Assembly (NCBI GenBank): GCA_002269645.1
Contig: NIVC01000364.1
Span: forward strand, 62,001-126,000
From: Macrostomum lignano
Lineage: Eukaryota
DNA length: 64,000 bases
Reading direction: 5' to 3'
The translations under genes were made by a program, and so were the position numbers. Positions 25,701 to 36,852 of the stretch are shown here, in pieces. Each line of letters opens with the position of its first letter. Position 1 is the first letter of the stretch. Under the pieces are notes generated by a model. The model was given only the letters and a program-made list of their open reading frames with translations, was not told where the DNA came from and did not search any database.

Positions 25701-26159
25701 ACTATAATTGAATCCGAAGACCGAAGTTTCAATCAGCGAAAAAGCACCTTAACATAAAGCAGGCCAAGAACTCACCTGAGTAATCTTCTCTTTAGTATTA
25801 GAATAGACATCATCCTTAGCTTGTACAGTGACTTTCTTTAGCACAGCGCCTAGCCTGCCAATAGTTGGATGCCCACTTTGGTGTGGCTGGGCCCCAGCTG
25901 GCTGCACCAGGTCCAGCTGATCTGAGCCCTGGACAGCGTCAGATATAGCCAAGGCAAAGCTGGACCCGCCAGGCAGTTGCAATTCGTTAGCTGGACCATC
26001 GAAGCTTACAAAGCCTGTCTGGCCGCGGCTATGCCTAGCTGCCTCTTCTAAGCCACGCAGGGCAGCGTCTGTCAGTTTAACAAATAGCAGCTCTTTGCCA
26101 TTGGCATCGGCACTCTGCACAAATATGGCAGCTGAGTGGCTTTCAAGTCCGGTATCCAT
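22738..26159 (-). CDS. ELL: RNA polymerase II elongation factor ELL; complement(join(22738..23451,25021..25410,25776..26159)), 495 aa
   Basis: ELL N-terminal motifs [13 protein letters not shown] and [21 protein letters not shown]|ADQNEK; winged-helix [15 protein letters not shown]...ELLIRL and LDWPLYS; C-terminal occludin/ELL domain [24 protein letters not shown]...[14 protein letters not shown]. Both introns are GT-AG, phase 0. Confidence 0.93.
23630..24912. repeat. Intronic minisatellite (ELL intron 2), 24 bp GGATTCTTGTCTAGATCTTCATTT, ~53 copies
   Basis: Near-homogeneous array with 23-bp variant units at ~23862, 24221, 24652 and 24843. Confidence 0.97.
25510..25672. repeat. Intronic minisatellite (ELL intron 1), 21 bp GTGAATGGCGCCGAAATGAGT, ~7 copies
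   Basis: Directly visible tandem array. Confidence 0.92.
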
Positions 26160-27623
26160 TGCGACTACTGGAATATTGGTTTATAGATTATTTAGATATT
26201 TTATAAGTAAATTTGCCAGTATGGCATTACAACATTTTATTTGGCATTATTTGTGGTTCTTACCTGTTACTTTATCTTAACACTACTATAGTATCCATTG
26301 GTATAACACCATTTAATTTGATTTTTGAGACTAATGCCAATAGGCATTCTGATTTTCAATTTGACATCTGAGAGTGTTTGACATCTTAAACCTTAGAAAT
26401 AAAATAGCCAACTATTTTATTGATAAAAAATGATAAAAAATTGTTTTACCATACAACTTATTAATACAAATCTTTGTTTACCAATGTTAAACCTAATTGG
26501 GCTATGCACAATCTAATAGGAGACTATTTCAATTAGTTTAAATATAGCAAATGCAAGAAGCAAAATGTTCACTAACTTGGTTCAACCTGGAGTTTACTAG
26601 TTTATTAATTACTAGTGCACATTCAAGTTCAAAATCTTTAGTACTTTCTTAGTTAATTGAAGCAATGTCTACAAATTGAGGAGTTTAAAATAATGTTTTC
26701 CAAATAAAGTAGCAATTATTGCAAATTGAAAACACTTTGGGTAGAAAGTAAATATTCTAACTGTAAAACAAAGTACTTATTGAGTAAAATAATGTCGCAG
26801 AATAAAGAGGATAGATTGCTTAGTGCCAGGTAACAAGGGAAAGAACTTCCAAGAAGTAAAGATGGTATGTGATCTAGTTTTAAGTAGTGATAGACTATAT
26901 TCCATGAAAAAATCAAAGAACCTCTTGATAATTGGTAATGCCATTTTGAAATTTGTAATTAGTAGTTTTGCAATTTCTTGCCACTTAGATACTAAAACTA
27001 TGAGTGATAAATTCTACCAACAATAGCCTACTCAGTTTAGTAAGCTGTTTAAAAATAATATAGTAACAAAAGAATAAGCTAGAACTTTGTAACAACTTGG
27101 TGGCATTAGTGGAATAGAATAAAGTAAACAGCTAATAGTAAACACCTGCACCTCTTAGTATAACTTAGAATTAACAATGGTATTTTTCTAGGAAAGATCA
27201 AATAGCTTTAATATAGTTTTGGTAAAATTAGCAAGATAATTCTCAAGAGAATCAATACAACAATAGGCTTAGTACATTTAAATAATACTTATATATGCCC
27301 TCAACACCTAGCCAACCTAGCTGATTTAGCTAGGTGGCCAAGGTAAGTCACATAAAAAGTTGACCTAAAATAGATATAATACTAATTAGATAACAAGGCA
27401 TTTAGGCAAGGCAAGGCCTTAATAAAATTGTCAGTTATTGCTACTATTTATCTACAATTATATTAATTTTTGCTTTAGGTTTTATTTCATATATAAATTG
27501 CATTTTGGTTGAAAAAGTGAATTAAATAGGCATTAGTCATAGCCAAATAAAAATTTTGATATTGGGCCTATTTGAGAATACCAATTTTATCTATTAAAAG
27601 TTTATTAATGTATTTATAAAATA

Positions 27624-29136
27624 CAAGCTGTTGAAACCCGCAGATTTTTAACCCAGGGAATTCTAATCCTCAGAACTATGGTATTTTTGCATGTATTCTG
27701 AAATCTGAGTACATTTGTGTAAAATTAGGATTTGAAGCAAACATTTGATATTGTTGGCTGGGATGCTGTGCAGAATGTCAGGCCAATGTCTGTTTGACAG
27801 AGAGAGAGGTATTGGTATTAAAACATGTATTGGCAAACTCTGGCCTTTGCCTCTGACTCTTCTTATGTCCCTTGTCCCTAAGACTTCTATCTTCTCTTCT
27901 GTTTCCTCTCTTCTCTCTTGTCCCTCATCTTTCCTCTCTCTTCTCATCTCTTTTCTTTTCTCGTCTTCTCTCCTTTCTCTCCTCTTCTCTTGTATCATCC
28001 CTCATCTCTCTTCTCTTATCTCTCCTATCTCATCTTTTCTCTCTACTTTTCTTATTTCATTCATCTTATCTCTTCCTTCTCCTCTCTATTTTCTCTCTTC
28101 TCTCTTCTCTCGCGTCTGCTCTCTCATCTCTCCTTTCTCCTCTTTTATCTCTTCTCATTTCTCTTTGCTCTCTACTCTCTCTTCTCTCTCCCCTCTTCTC
28201 ATTCCTCACTCTCTCCTCTATTAACACTTCCCTCTTCTCTCTTCTCTCCTGTACCCTCTTATCTCAACTCATTCCTCGCTTTATATCTCTCCTCTCATCT
28301 CTTCTCTTCTTTTCCCTCTCCTCTCCTCTTATCTCTTCCCTCACCTCTCTTCTCTCTCGTCTTTGCTTTCTTATCTCTCCTTTCTCTCCTTTTATCTTTT
28401 CTCTCTTATCTCTTCTCATTTCTCTCTGCTCTCCCCCTCCCTCCCTCTCTTTTTCTTTCTCTCTTTCTTTCTCTCACTCTTTCTGTCTTTCTCTTTAATC
28501 TCTCCTCTCCTATCTCTCTTCTCCTTTCTACTCTCTTCCCTCTTCTCTCTCCTCACTCATGTCTCTCTCCCTTTGTCTCTCCTTGAGTCTCTCCTTGTCT
28601 CCTCCGAGTCTCTTGTCTGTTCATTCTCATCTCTGCTCTCTCACCCCCCTCTTTCATCTGTCATCTTTACTGTCTTATATGTTCTCTCACCTCTCTCCTC
28701 TGTACTCTTTTTTTCCTTTTTTAACCTCACTTTCCTTTTGCCTTTCTTCTTTTCTCTTCCTCTTCTATACTCTTTCCCTCTCTTGTCTCCCCTGTCTTCT
28801 CTCCCCACTTTCCTCTCTCATCTATCTTCAATCTCTCATTTCTCATTTCTTATCTTTCTTTACTCCTCTCTCATCTCTATAACCTTATCTCTTCTCTCTT
28901 CCCTTTACTCTCTCACCTCTCCCTTCACCTCTTTCCTCTATCCTCTCTTCTCTCCTGTCTCTTCTTTCCTCTTATCTGCAGCTTTCTGCTCTCATTTCTA
29001 CTCTTATCTCTCTCTTCTCTACTTGCTCTTCTCTATTCTCTCCTCCCCTTTCTCTCATTGTCCTCACCCCCTCATCTCTCCTATTATCATCTATCTTTTC
29101 TCTTTATCCCCTTTCTCACTCTCTTCTCTTTTTAAA
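27624..29136 (-). mobile_element. Second copy of the GA-tract Helitron-like element, with a ~1.25-kb CT/GA tract
   Basis: 27624-27900 aligns with 7409-7740 (ACAAGCTGTTGAAACCCGC..., TAAAACATGTATTGGCAAACTCTGGCCT). It continues as low-complexity CT sequence to ~29135. Confidence 0.6.
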
Positions 29137-30239
29137 TAATTGTCTTTTCTTTTTTCTACTTTCATTTGCCCTTTGGCCATGAGCTAGATTCTTTATCTGG
29201 CCTTTGAGGTAAAATTCTGCTGATCACTGCTTGGAAAGCTAGTTTGTTAGACGTAGTATTATCATGGTTGTTCTCATGCCTTGATCATGTCATTTTTCTG
29301 GCCAATTTGCGGCTCTGCGAAGAAGTTGCGTAACTTTAGCTCCACTGCAGTCTATATCAGTCTAAAGTAACAACCAAGGAAATACATATTTCTGAAGAGG
29401 CCATTAAAATTTTAGAGTACCCTTAAGACTTAATTAAAACTTAATGTTAAAACTTCAATGGTATGATTTGTACTGCATTGCATTGCTTTTATAATCTTTT
29501 GCTTTTATAAACCATGCTGGATTGCCTTGATTTGCCAATTGCCATTTATTGCTCAATTGCTATAGAGTTTGCCAATATAGACAGAGGGCAGTGATTAGAA
29601 TTTCTCACTAAACTGTTATAGATGGCTAAACATAGCCTCTCCACTGGGGTGCAGAGAAGGCTATAAATAAAGCTATTCCAAAATACTTTACATTGCCATG
29701 TACATTCAGCCTTATTGCCTGACCCTTGGTCTGGCTCTTGGGGAATGAGTGAGTGAGTGGCACAAACAACAGAAAAAGTAGACAAACTTCACATGCTTAT
29801 AGTTTCTGTTCTAAATGAGTTACAGAGTTGAGACTTTACATTTTGATAGAGAATGAGTCAATGAAGAATGTGTCAAGTTTGAAGTCAATCACTTTACATA
29901 GAGCAAACTTATAGCAGCCAAAAGTTAGTCAATTTTGAAACCCCTTTTACATATATAGGCCGCCCTGATTGAGAAAGAGAGGCAGGTAGGTGGAGGTTAG
30001 GGTGGCTGTCTCACTAATAAAAAACAGCCTAACTTTAAATGTGCATAGCGCCATTCAGGATTAACTTTAAGACTCAAAATTTTATATGATTATGTCAAAA
30101 CAGTTGAATATTTTCTGTTAAATTTAAAGAGAATTGGTAGAAATGGAGTGGTGCTATGGAGGATTTAGTCAAAAAATAGTGCATTTTAAGTAGTTTTTTT
30201 GATTTTTTAGGTAGGAAGACTCAAATTTAGGAAATTTAA

Positions 30240-30417
30240 AGGTAGCTTAAGACATTTTCCATAGGCCCTAATGAGTTTAGGGTGGGTGCAAAATTTGGTA
30301 TGATTTGGTTGAGTAGTTTAGAAGTCTATAGCAATCAAAATTGTACATAGACATATACATATATATAATATATATATATATATACATATACAGAGTTTTG
30401 ATTTTTGTATGTATAGA
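30240..30417 (-). mobile_element. Decayed Helitron-like 5' end fragment
   Basis: The minus strand starts A|TCTATACATACAAAAATC followed by a microsatellite, the same layout as the other Helitron 5' ends in this window. No 3' end was found. Confidence 0.4.
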
Positions 30418-31522
30418 TGATTTAACAAATACATTTATAAATTATAAAAAATTGTAAATATTTTTTATTTATAATATTCATAATATATGACAAAGTTAGG
30501 GGCCTATAATTGTAAGTTATGGAAAAAACAGTTATCTTATCTTCAAAAAATTGAATGCAAGTATGCAACTAGGCCTAGGGGCCTACAATAAAAAATACTA
30601 GGCCCTATATATATAGGCCTAGGCCTAGGCCTACTAAGATTATAATTAATGTATCATAGACATAGGCGTAGGCCTATTAAGATATATTGTCATTGGCTTT
30701 AGGCCTAGGCCTATTTATATCTATGTTATAGGCCTAGAAATATAGAACCTCTATTGCTTCATAGCTCTAACTTCTGAGGTCTATTGTTTATAATTAAAAA
30801 ATAGAAAAAAAAACTATTTATGTCCTATGACATCACTCCTTAGTATGACTATGACCTATGAGTATGATGTATGAGTAGCCTATGACACAGGACAGAATAA
30901 GATACAGGCCTATATAAAATCATCACAATAAAATAGGCCTGTTTTACAACTTAATAAATCAAAAATTGGTGTCGTGTCTTTTAAGCAAGGTACTTTATGT
31001 ATAATATTATGTAGGCCTATACCATGGAAAGACAAAAACATGCTAAGTAGAAAGTAGAAAGTAGGCCCCCTATCACTGTCCTATATCATATGTATGATGT
31101 ATCATGGAAATTAAACATCAAAATTCGGAACCCGTACCAGAACAGTTTGTTTGTCAGTTTATTATATTCATAATTTACTGCTGTAGTAGGGCTGTAAAAA
31201 CTTAGACCGAATGTTACCTAATTTTAGAGACCCAATTTAATTGTAGGCCTAGCAAGCAAAAAGTTGATGTTTGCTTTTTTACATTAAAAAAAAATAATTG
31301 TACCCTTCGCTGACTGAGCGAAAAGTTTATTAGACATTATAAGGTTAAATACTTAATTTTCATGAGTACGTTTATTTGCTCTGAATGTGTTACCTCATCT
31401 AATTTAGCAGTTTATTAGCTTTTTCGTAAATATAGTTTTGTTATAACTGCTCATTTTGTAACAAAATTTAAAATTCAAAATTCATTCAAAATTGAATTCA
31501 CTCAAATTTAAATGACGACTTT

Positions 31523-31782
31523 GGGCCTTTTCATATTACCAATTCCAGAACCAGAATCGGTTCGGAATTCCAAGAAAAACAGCAGTATAACTATTAAACT
31601 CTGTTAATATTTGACTGCCTTAACAGCCTCACTTTGCACGATTTTTCACTTTCTTCTTGGCGATTGTCATTCAATAATAAAAACTTTATAGCACGTATCT
31701 CCCTCTAGTTATGGAGACAAAAAGTTATACCTCACAAATTGGTTCTGGTTCTGGAACCAGAACAAGCAATATGAAAAGGCCC
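31523..31782. mobile_element. Candidate MITE (PIF/Harbinger-like), ~260 bp
   Basis: 15-bp perfect terminal inverted repeat GGGCCTTTTCATATT / AATATGAAAAGGCCC, subterminal TTCCAGAACCAGAA also inverted, flanked by TTT on both sides. GGGC-starting TIRs with 3-bp TSDs are typical of PIF/Harbinger, although TWA is the usual TSD. Confidence 0.55.
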
Positions 31783-33344
31783 TTTTACTCATTTCTCGAG
31801 CTAGCTTGCCTTCAAGCCATTTCGCTTCACTTGCCTCATATTCGTAAGACAAAACAAAAAAATTGCTTATCTATTTTTATTTAAATTCAATTTTGATTGA
31901 ATTTTGATTCGCACAAGTGCCATTTAATTTCACAGTTCTTTACATGGACAAAAAAGCGGGTTTATTATATTTTAATGGCAATTTCTAGGCCTACGCCTTA
32001 ATTTAAATTGTTTCATGACCTTATTAGGCCCTATTTAAAAAGACGATAACCAAGTCTTGGTGATTAAGTAGAAACAGAAACAGAACATGCTACATCACAT
32101 GTTTAATTTCAAAGCACTCAAACTGCTCTCCAGTTAATAAAATTACTTTGTCGCATTAATTAATGAAACAGTGCAAATAAATAAATAAGTAAAAAATGTA
32201 AGCAATGCCCATGGTAAGAAGAAAGTATATGAATACCTGATCTTGATGGATGGAATAAAATTGGCCTTTATAGTGCCATCTTAATTGATTCCAATTTATC
32301 CATGTAGAATTGCATAGCCATGGTTTGAATTGTCCAAGGAAAGGCATTTTCTTCTAGGCCTACTAGATGCAGCCATAGGGCTAAAACCTCATTGCATCTA
32401 AAAATACCACACAATTATAGGCCTAATTCTATTGTCGTATTGATATAAGTTTTATTACAAAATTAGGCCATATTAATTTTCACACATAACAATAACAAAA
32501 ACTTATTATATGTAGGCCCTAGTCTTAGCCTACTCGCAAAAATGCAAAGGGCCTTTTATAAGCCTAATATTGTTATTTTTAAGTGTATTAGACCTATTCT
32601 AATGGTTAAAAAGCATCTAAAAATGTAGTTCAATCAATATGTAAATGTAAAATAGGTCTAATAACTAACCAATGAAAGGTGGCTCATATCTTTATTATTT
32701 GTAGTACCAATTAATAAAGTTCTATGTCTTCTAAGTTGCATAAAAAGTATAGCTACCTATTCTTGCATGCAATAATTTTAAAATTTCTATGATAGATTCT
32801 TGCAAAGCTAAACTTTTATAATAAGTAATAGCAAATTTCATAGCAAAATAAAAATGAGTCTGCTTAGCAAATATCAAAATGCTTATTTATCATTTTTTCT
32901 ATCATTAAGAGCTTAGTCTTAGCTACCTTTGCAATGAGCCACTATTTTTTTCATATTGTTAAGAGACTTAAATTTAGCTGCCAACTTTTATTGATCTTAA
33001 AATATGAAAATATCAATGATATAATTGGCTCATTCCATATAAGCATGATCGTAACATGACAGGCTATTTTTACTTATAAAATGAAATATAATAATAGATT
33101 ATACTAAACCAATATTTTAAATGAAAGATTTTTTGTCTAGAATATATTTATAGAGTTTCATATAGATATTATCATTAGTATAGATGCTATTAAACCTTAA
33201 ATGACACTTATGGTCATAACGACAGGATTTTTGACATATAGAAACTAAAAGGTAAAAGTCTTATAACATTTGAGACAGGCATTAATAATAGCTCTTATTC
33301 TTTTAAATTTTACTTGTTTTATGTTTGCCTTTCTTAGAAAAACC

Positions 33345-34100
33345 TTTATTCAAATCTGCGCGAAATATTTGTTTGAATGTTGTGGTTTGCAAAAATATTT
33401 CTGCAATTATTATTTTGTTTAAACTATAATGAATTTTGGGTATAAATAGACACGCTGAGCAGACTTGAGGAAGCAACCGTTTGCTGCCTCTCGGTTTTCG
33501 ATAAGCAAATTTAGTTCGTTCTAAATATTGAAATCGCTTGAAGGCTTAATCATTTCTTAGAGTATAAGAACCCCAATTGGGAGTATCAAAAACCGCTACA
33601 AGCGAGAAACCGCCTCAGGGCAGTAAATTGTAAATTCGCCTCAGGTCAGGAGAACCACCTCATAACGAGAGAAGATCGCCTCAGGGCAGTAATAGTAAAT
33701 TCACCTCAGGGCAATAATAGTAAATTCGCCTCAGGGCAGGAGAACCGCCTCAGAGCGAGGGAAAGATCGCCTCAGGGCAGGAGAACCGCCTCAGAGCGAG
33801 GGAAAGATCGCCTCAGGGCAGAGAAAGAGCATAAGCTGTGACCTTCTGATCCAGGGAACACCCAGGACTGAGAGAATAATATTAGGGGGAAGCATAGGAA
33901 TAGAATAGACAGTGCTATTAGACCGCTCAGGCTAGAAAGTACAATAGAAGTACATACGCTACCAATAGAAGTACATGCGCTACCAGTAGAATTACAATTA
34001 ACAACCAGTAGAATTGTTAAGAAGAAATAGCTTTGTAACAACTTTGGTGGCAGCAAGTAAGGCTAGACAAAGGATTAAATAAGAGCCCTACGACACATTT
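33345..34100 (-). repeat. Unclassified dispersed repeat, copy Q (inverted relative to 2652-3385)
   Basis: Reverse-complement match to copy P, with extra copies of the CGCCTCAGGGCAG sub-repeat. Confidence 0.85.
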
Positions 34101-34793
34101 TTCATTTTGGATATTTTGCAATACATTTTTAAAATTTGACTAAGAACATCTTTAGAAATCATACTCTTTTATTAGAATATATAAACTCAAAAGGCAACAA
34201 AGATACAAAAGAAAAGGCAGCCTTATGGTCGTAACATTACGGTTGTAACATATTTTTTTCTGTCAATTTAGTAACTTCAAGGTACTGATATATTAAAAAT
34301 ATAATAGATTATTTGGTCACCAATGCTTTTATCTAATGATGCAAGTACTATACTTTTATCTATAGACTTTTGTTTCAACCTTCAAAAGCTTTCTATTTGT
34401 TTTTAAAAGGTACAAAATCTTAATGATGTCTTTTGCTTCGAAAAATGTCAAAATTTTTACAAAAATGACTTTTTGCCAATTGATAACATACTAATCCAAC
34501 ATTTTACCATTCCTTTATTCTTAGATTGTATATATTGTACATAAAAACATTTGGTAAAAAAATAGGCTAATACTAGCAATCTATGCCCCCCGTTGGGGAG
34601 CCAAAGAAATGCAATACACGTTTTTTTAATAAGCTAAATGTATCCTTGAAATCTTAAAAAATCTCCTGTCAAACCTTGTAAGCCTTGACATGTCAGTAAT
34701 TCCCCCCACAAGCTTTAACATATCAACTTCCCCCCTGACATCTCAGCAATGCCCCCAATAAGCCTTGAAAATCTAAAAATATCTGTCAACCTT

Positions 34794-34866
34794 CTAACCC
34801 TAATCCTAACCTAACCCTAACCCTAACCCTAGCCTAACCCTAACCCTAACCCTAACCTAACCCTAA
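34794..34866. repeat. Interstitial telomere-type (CCCTAA)n tract inside H1
   Basis: About 12 CCCTAA/CCTAA units; the orthologous tract is at 37484-37562 and a looser one at 37136-37225. Confidence 0.85.
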
Positions 34867-35689
34867 AGCATTGAAATTTCAGTAATTCTCTCTAAGAGTC
34901 ATTATAGCACTACTACAGCATTATAGCGATTCCCTGCAAGCCTCGACATCGTAGGGATTCCCAAATGAATCTCTTAACTTCGACATGAAGCTTCTTTTAT
35001 TTTTTACATTACGCTTTTTTTATCAGCAATCCCTCCCCTGAGGAGGCATCAAATAATGAAACAAAAAGTTTTTAATAAACTACATGTAGCTTCTGGCTTT
35101 AGCCTTGAAATCTCATTTATACCCCAGTGAGCCTTGACATCTCAGCTATTCCCCCCGTAAGCCTTGACATGTCAGCGATGGCCCCCATAAACCTTGAAAT
35201 CTAAAAAATCCCCTGTTAACCTTGAAACCCGATAAAATATAACCCTCAACCCACACCTGACCTAAACCTAACTTTAACCCAACCTAAAGCCTTGAAATCT
35301 CAGCAATTCTTCTCCCCTAAGCCTTGACATTTTAGTGATTCCTTCTTTAAGAATCACAGCACTATAACGATTTCCACCAAGCTTTGACATCGTAGCGATT
35401 CCCAAATGAATCTTTTAACTTCAACATGACTTTTCTTTTATGTATACATAGTGCTACTTTTATTTTTTACATGACTCTTCTTCTATCAGCGCCCCCCCCC
35501 CCCGTGGCGAGCCAACAAAGAATGTAATAAAAAAATTGAGTAAAGTACATGAACTCTGAAGTAGCTTCTGACTTTTGCTTTAACATCTCAGAAACCCCCC
35601 CCCCTGTAATCTTAGTTATTCTCTGAGAGCCTTGACGTCTCAGTTTTTCTCCCCAGCACAGCATTATAGCTGCATTTAATTTTTACATG

Positions 35690-36248
35690 ACACCTTTCAT
35701 GTAGATGACGCTTCTATGATTGTTTATATGACGCTTCTATGATTTTTACATGACGCTTCTATGATTTTTTACATGATGCTACTATGATTTTTACATGACG
35801 CTTTTATGATTTTTTACATGATGCTTCTATGCTTTTTATATGACGCTTCTTCGATTTTTTACATAACGCTTCTATGATTTTTTACATGACGCTTTTATGA
35901 TTGTTTACATGAACCTTCTATGATTTTTTACATGACGCTTCTATGATTGTTTACATGACGCTTCTTTGATTGTTTACATGACGCTTCTATGATTGTTTAC
36001 ATGACGCTTCTATGATTTTTTAAATGATGCTTCTATGATTGTTTACATGACGCTTCTATGATCGTTTAGATGACGCTTCTATGATTGTTTACATGACGCT
36101 TCTATGATTTTTACATGACGCTTCTATGATCATTTAGATGACGCTTCTATGATTTTTTACATGACGCTTCTATGATTTTTTACATGATGCTTCTATGATT
36201 TTTTACATAACACTTTTATGATTTTTTACATGACGCTTCCATGATTTT
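35690..36248. repeat. 22-23 bp satellite ACATGACGCTTCTATGATT(T/G)TTT inside H1, ~25 copies
   Basis: Directly visible tandem array. Confidence 0.95.
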
Positions 36249-36852
36249 TTAGTTTTCTTGACGTTAAAAAACTTTAATTAAAAAACTCTCTAAAAATTCA
36301 AACCATCGTCCCTGCATTTAGCAGTCAGTCTGTTTACCTCTAGGCTAGCTCTCATCGTTTTGATAACATGAATTTTAGCACTTCTATTTGGAGTTTCAAA
36401 ACTCCAAGCATAGAGTAAATCACACGAGGCAGTTATGACATAATCAATTTCTCAGTCAGTCAGTATCAGTTAACAATATGGTTACGCAATCTAAATCAAG
36501 TCTGGTGCTACGCTTCCACACAGCATTTTCAATACTGTGACGCAATTCAAGTCGGAGTTACAATTCAGTTATGATGCAATCTATTTCAGAATCATAATTC
36601 AACCAGTCAGTTTTTTCTCTAGCATTCTTACAATGCATTTCAAGTCGAAAATTTTGCTTGAACTTTGCAAAAAAGCATGTTTTTCGAATATTTAATGCCT
36701 TTAGCATCGAGCAATTTCTTAGCCACGATGCATGTACCGTCACGGGAAAATTTCTGATCGAACAGTGCAAATTCGAACAAAATCGGTCAAGCCATTCAGG
36801 AGAAAATCGATTTCGTACAAACAAACAAACATCACATTTTTAGTATATTGGA

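Larger units (their letters stand above)
34573..36852 (-). mobile_element. Non-autonomous Helitron H1 (~2.3 kb)
   Basis: Minus strand 5' TCCAATATACTAAAAA followed by a (TTTG)n microsatellite. The 3' end is a GCTCCCC-AAC-GGGGGGC hairpin 8 nt before CTAG|T. TC...hairpin-CTRR termini are the established Helitron signature. Confidence 0.8.

Noticed and set aside
27745-29139. Leu/Ser/Phe-rich ORFs that look like membrane proteins
   Set aside because: Translations of a CT-only low-complexity tract.
33040-34250. Recurrent (A/T)TG(G/A)TC(G/A)TAAC words suggesting a decayed DNA transposon
   Set aside because: Only three short matches; no termini or TSD could be defined.
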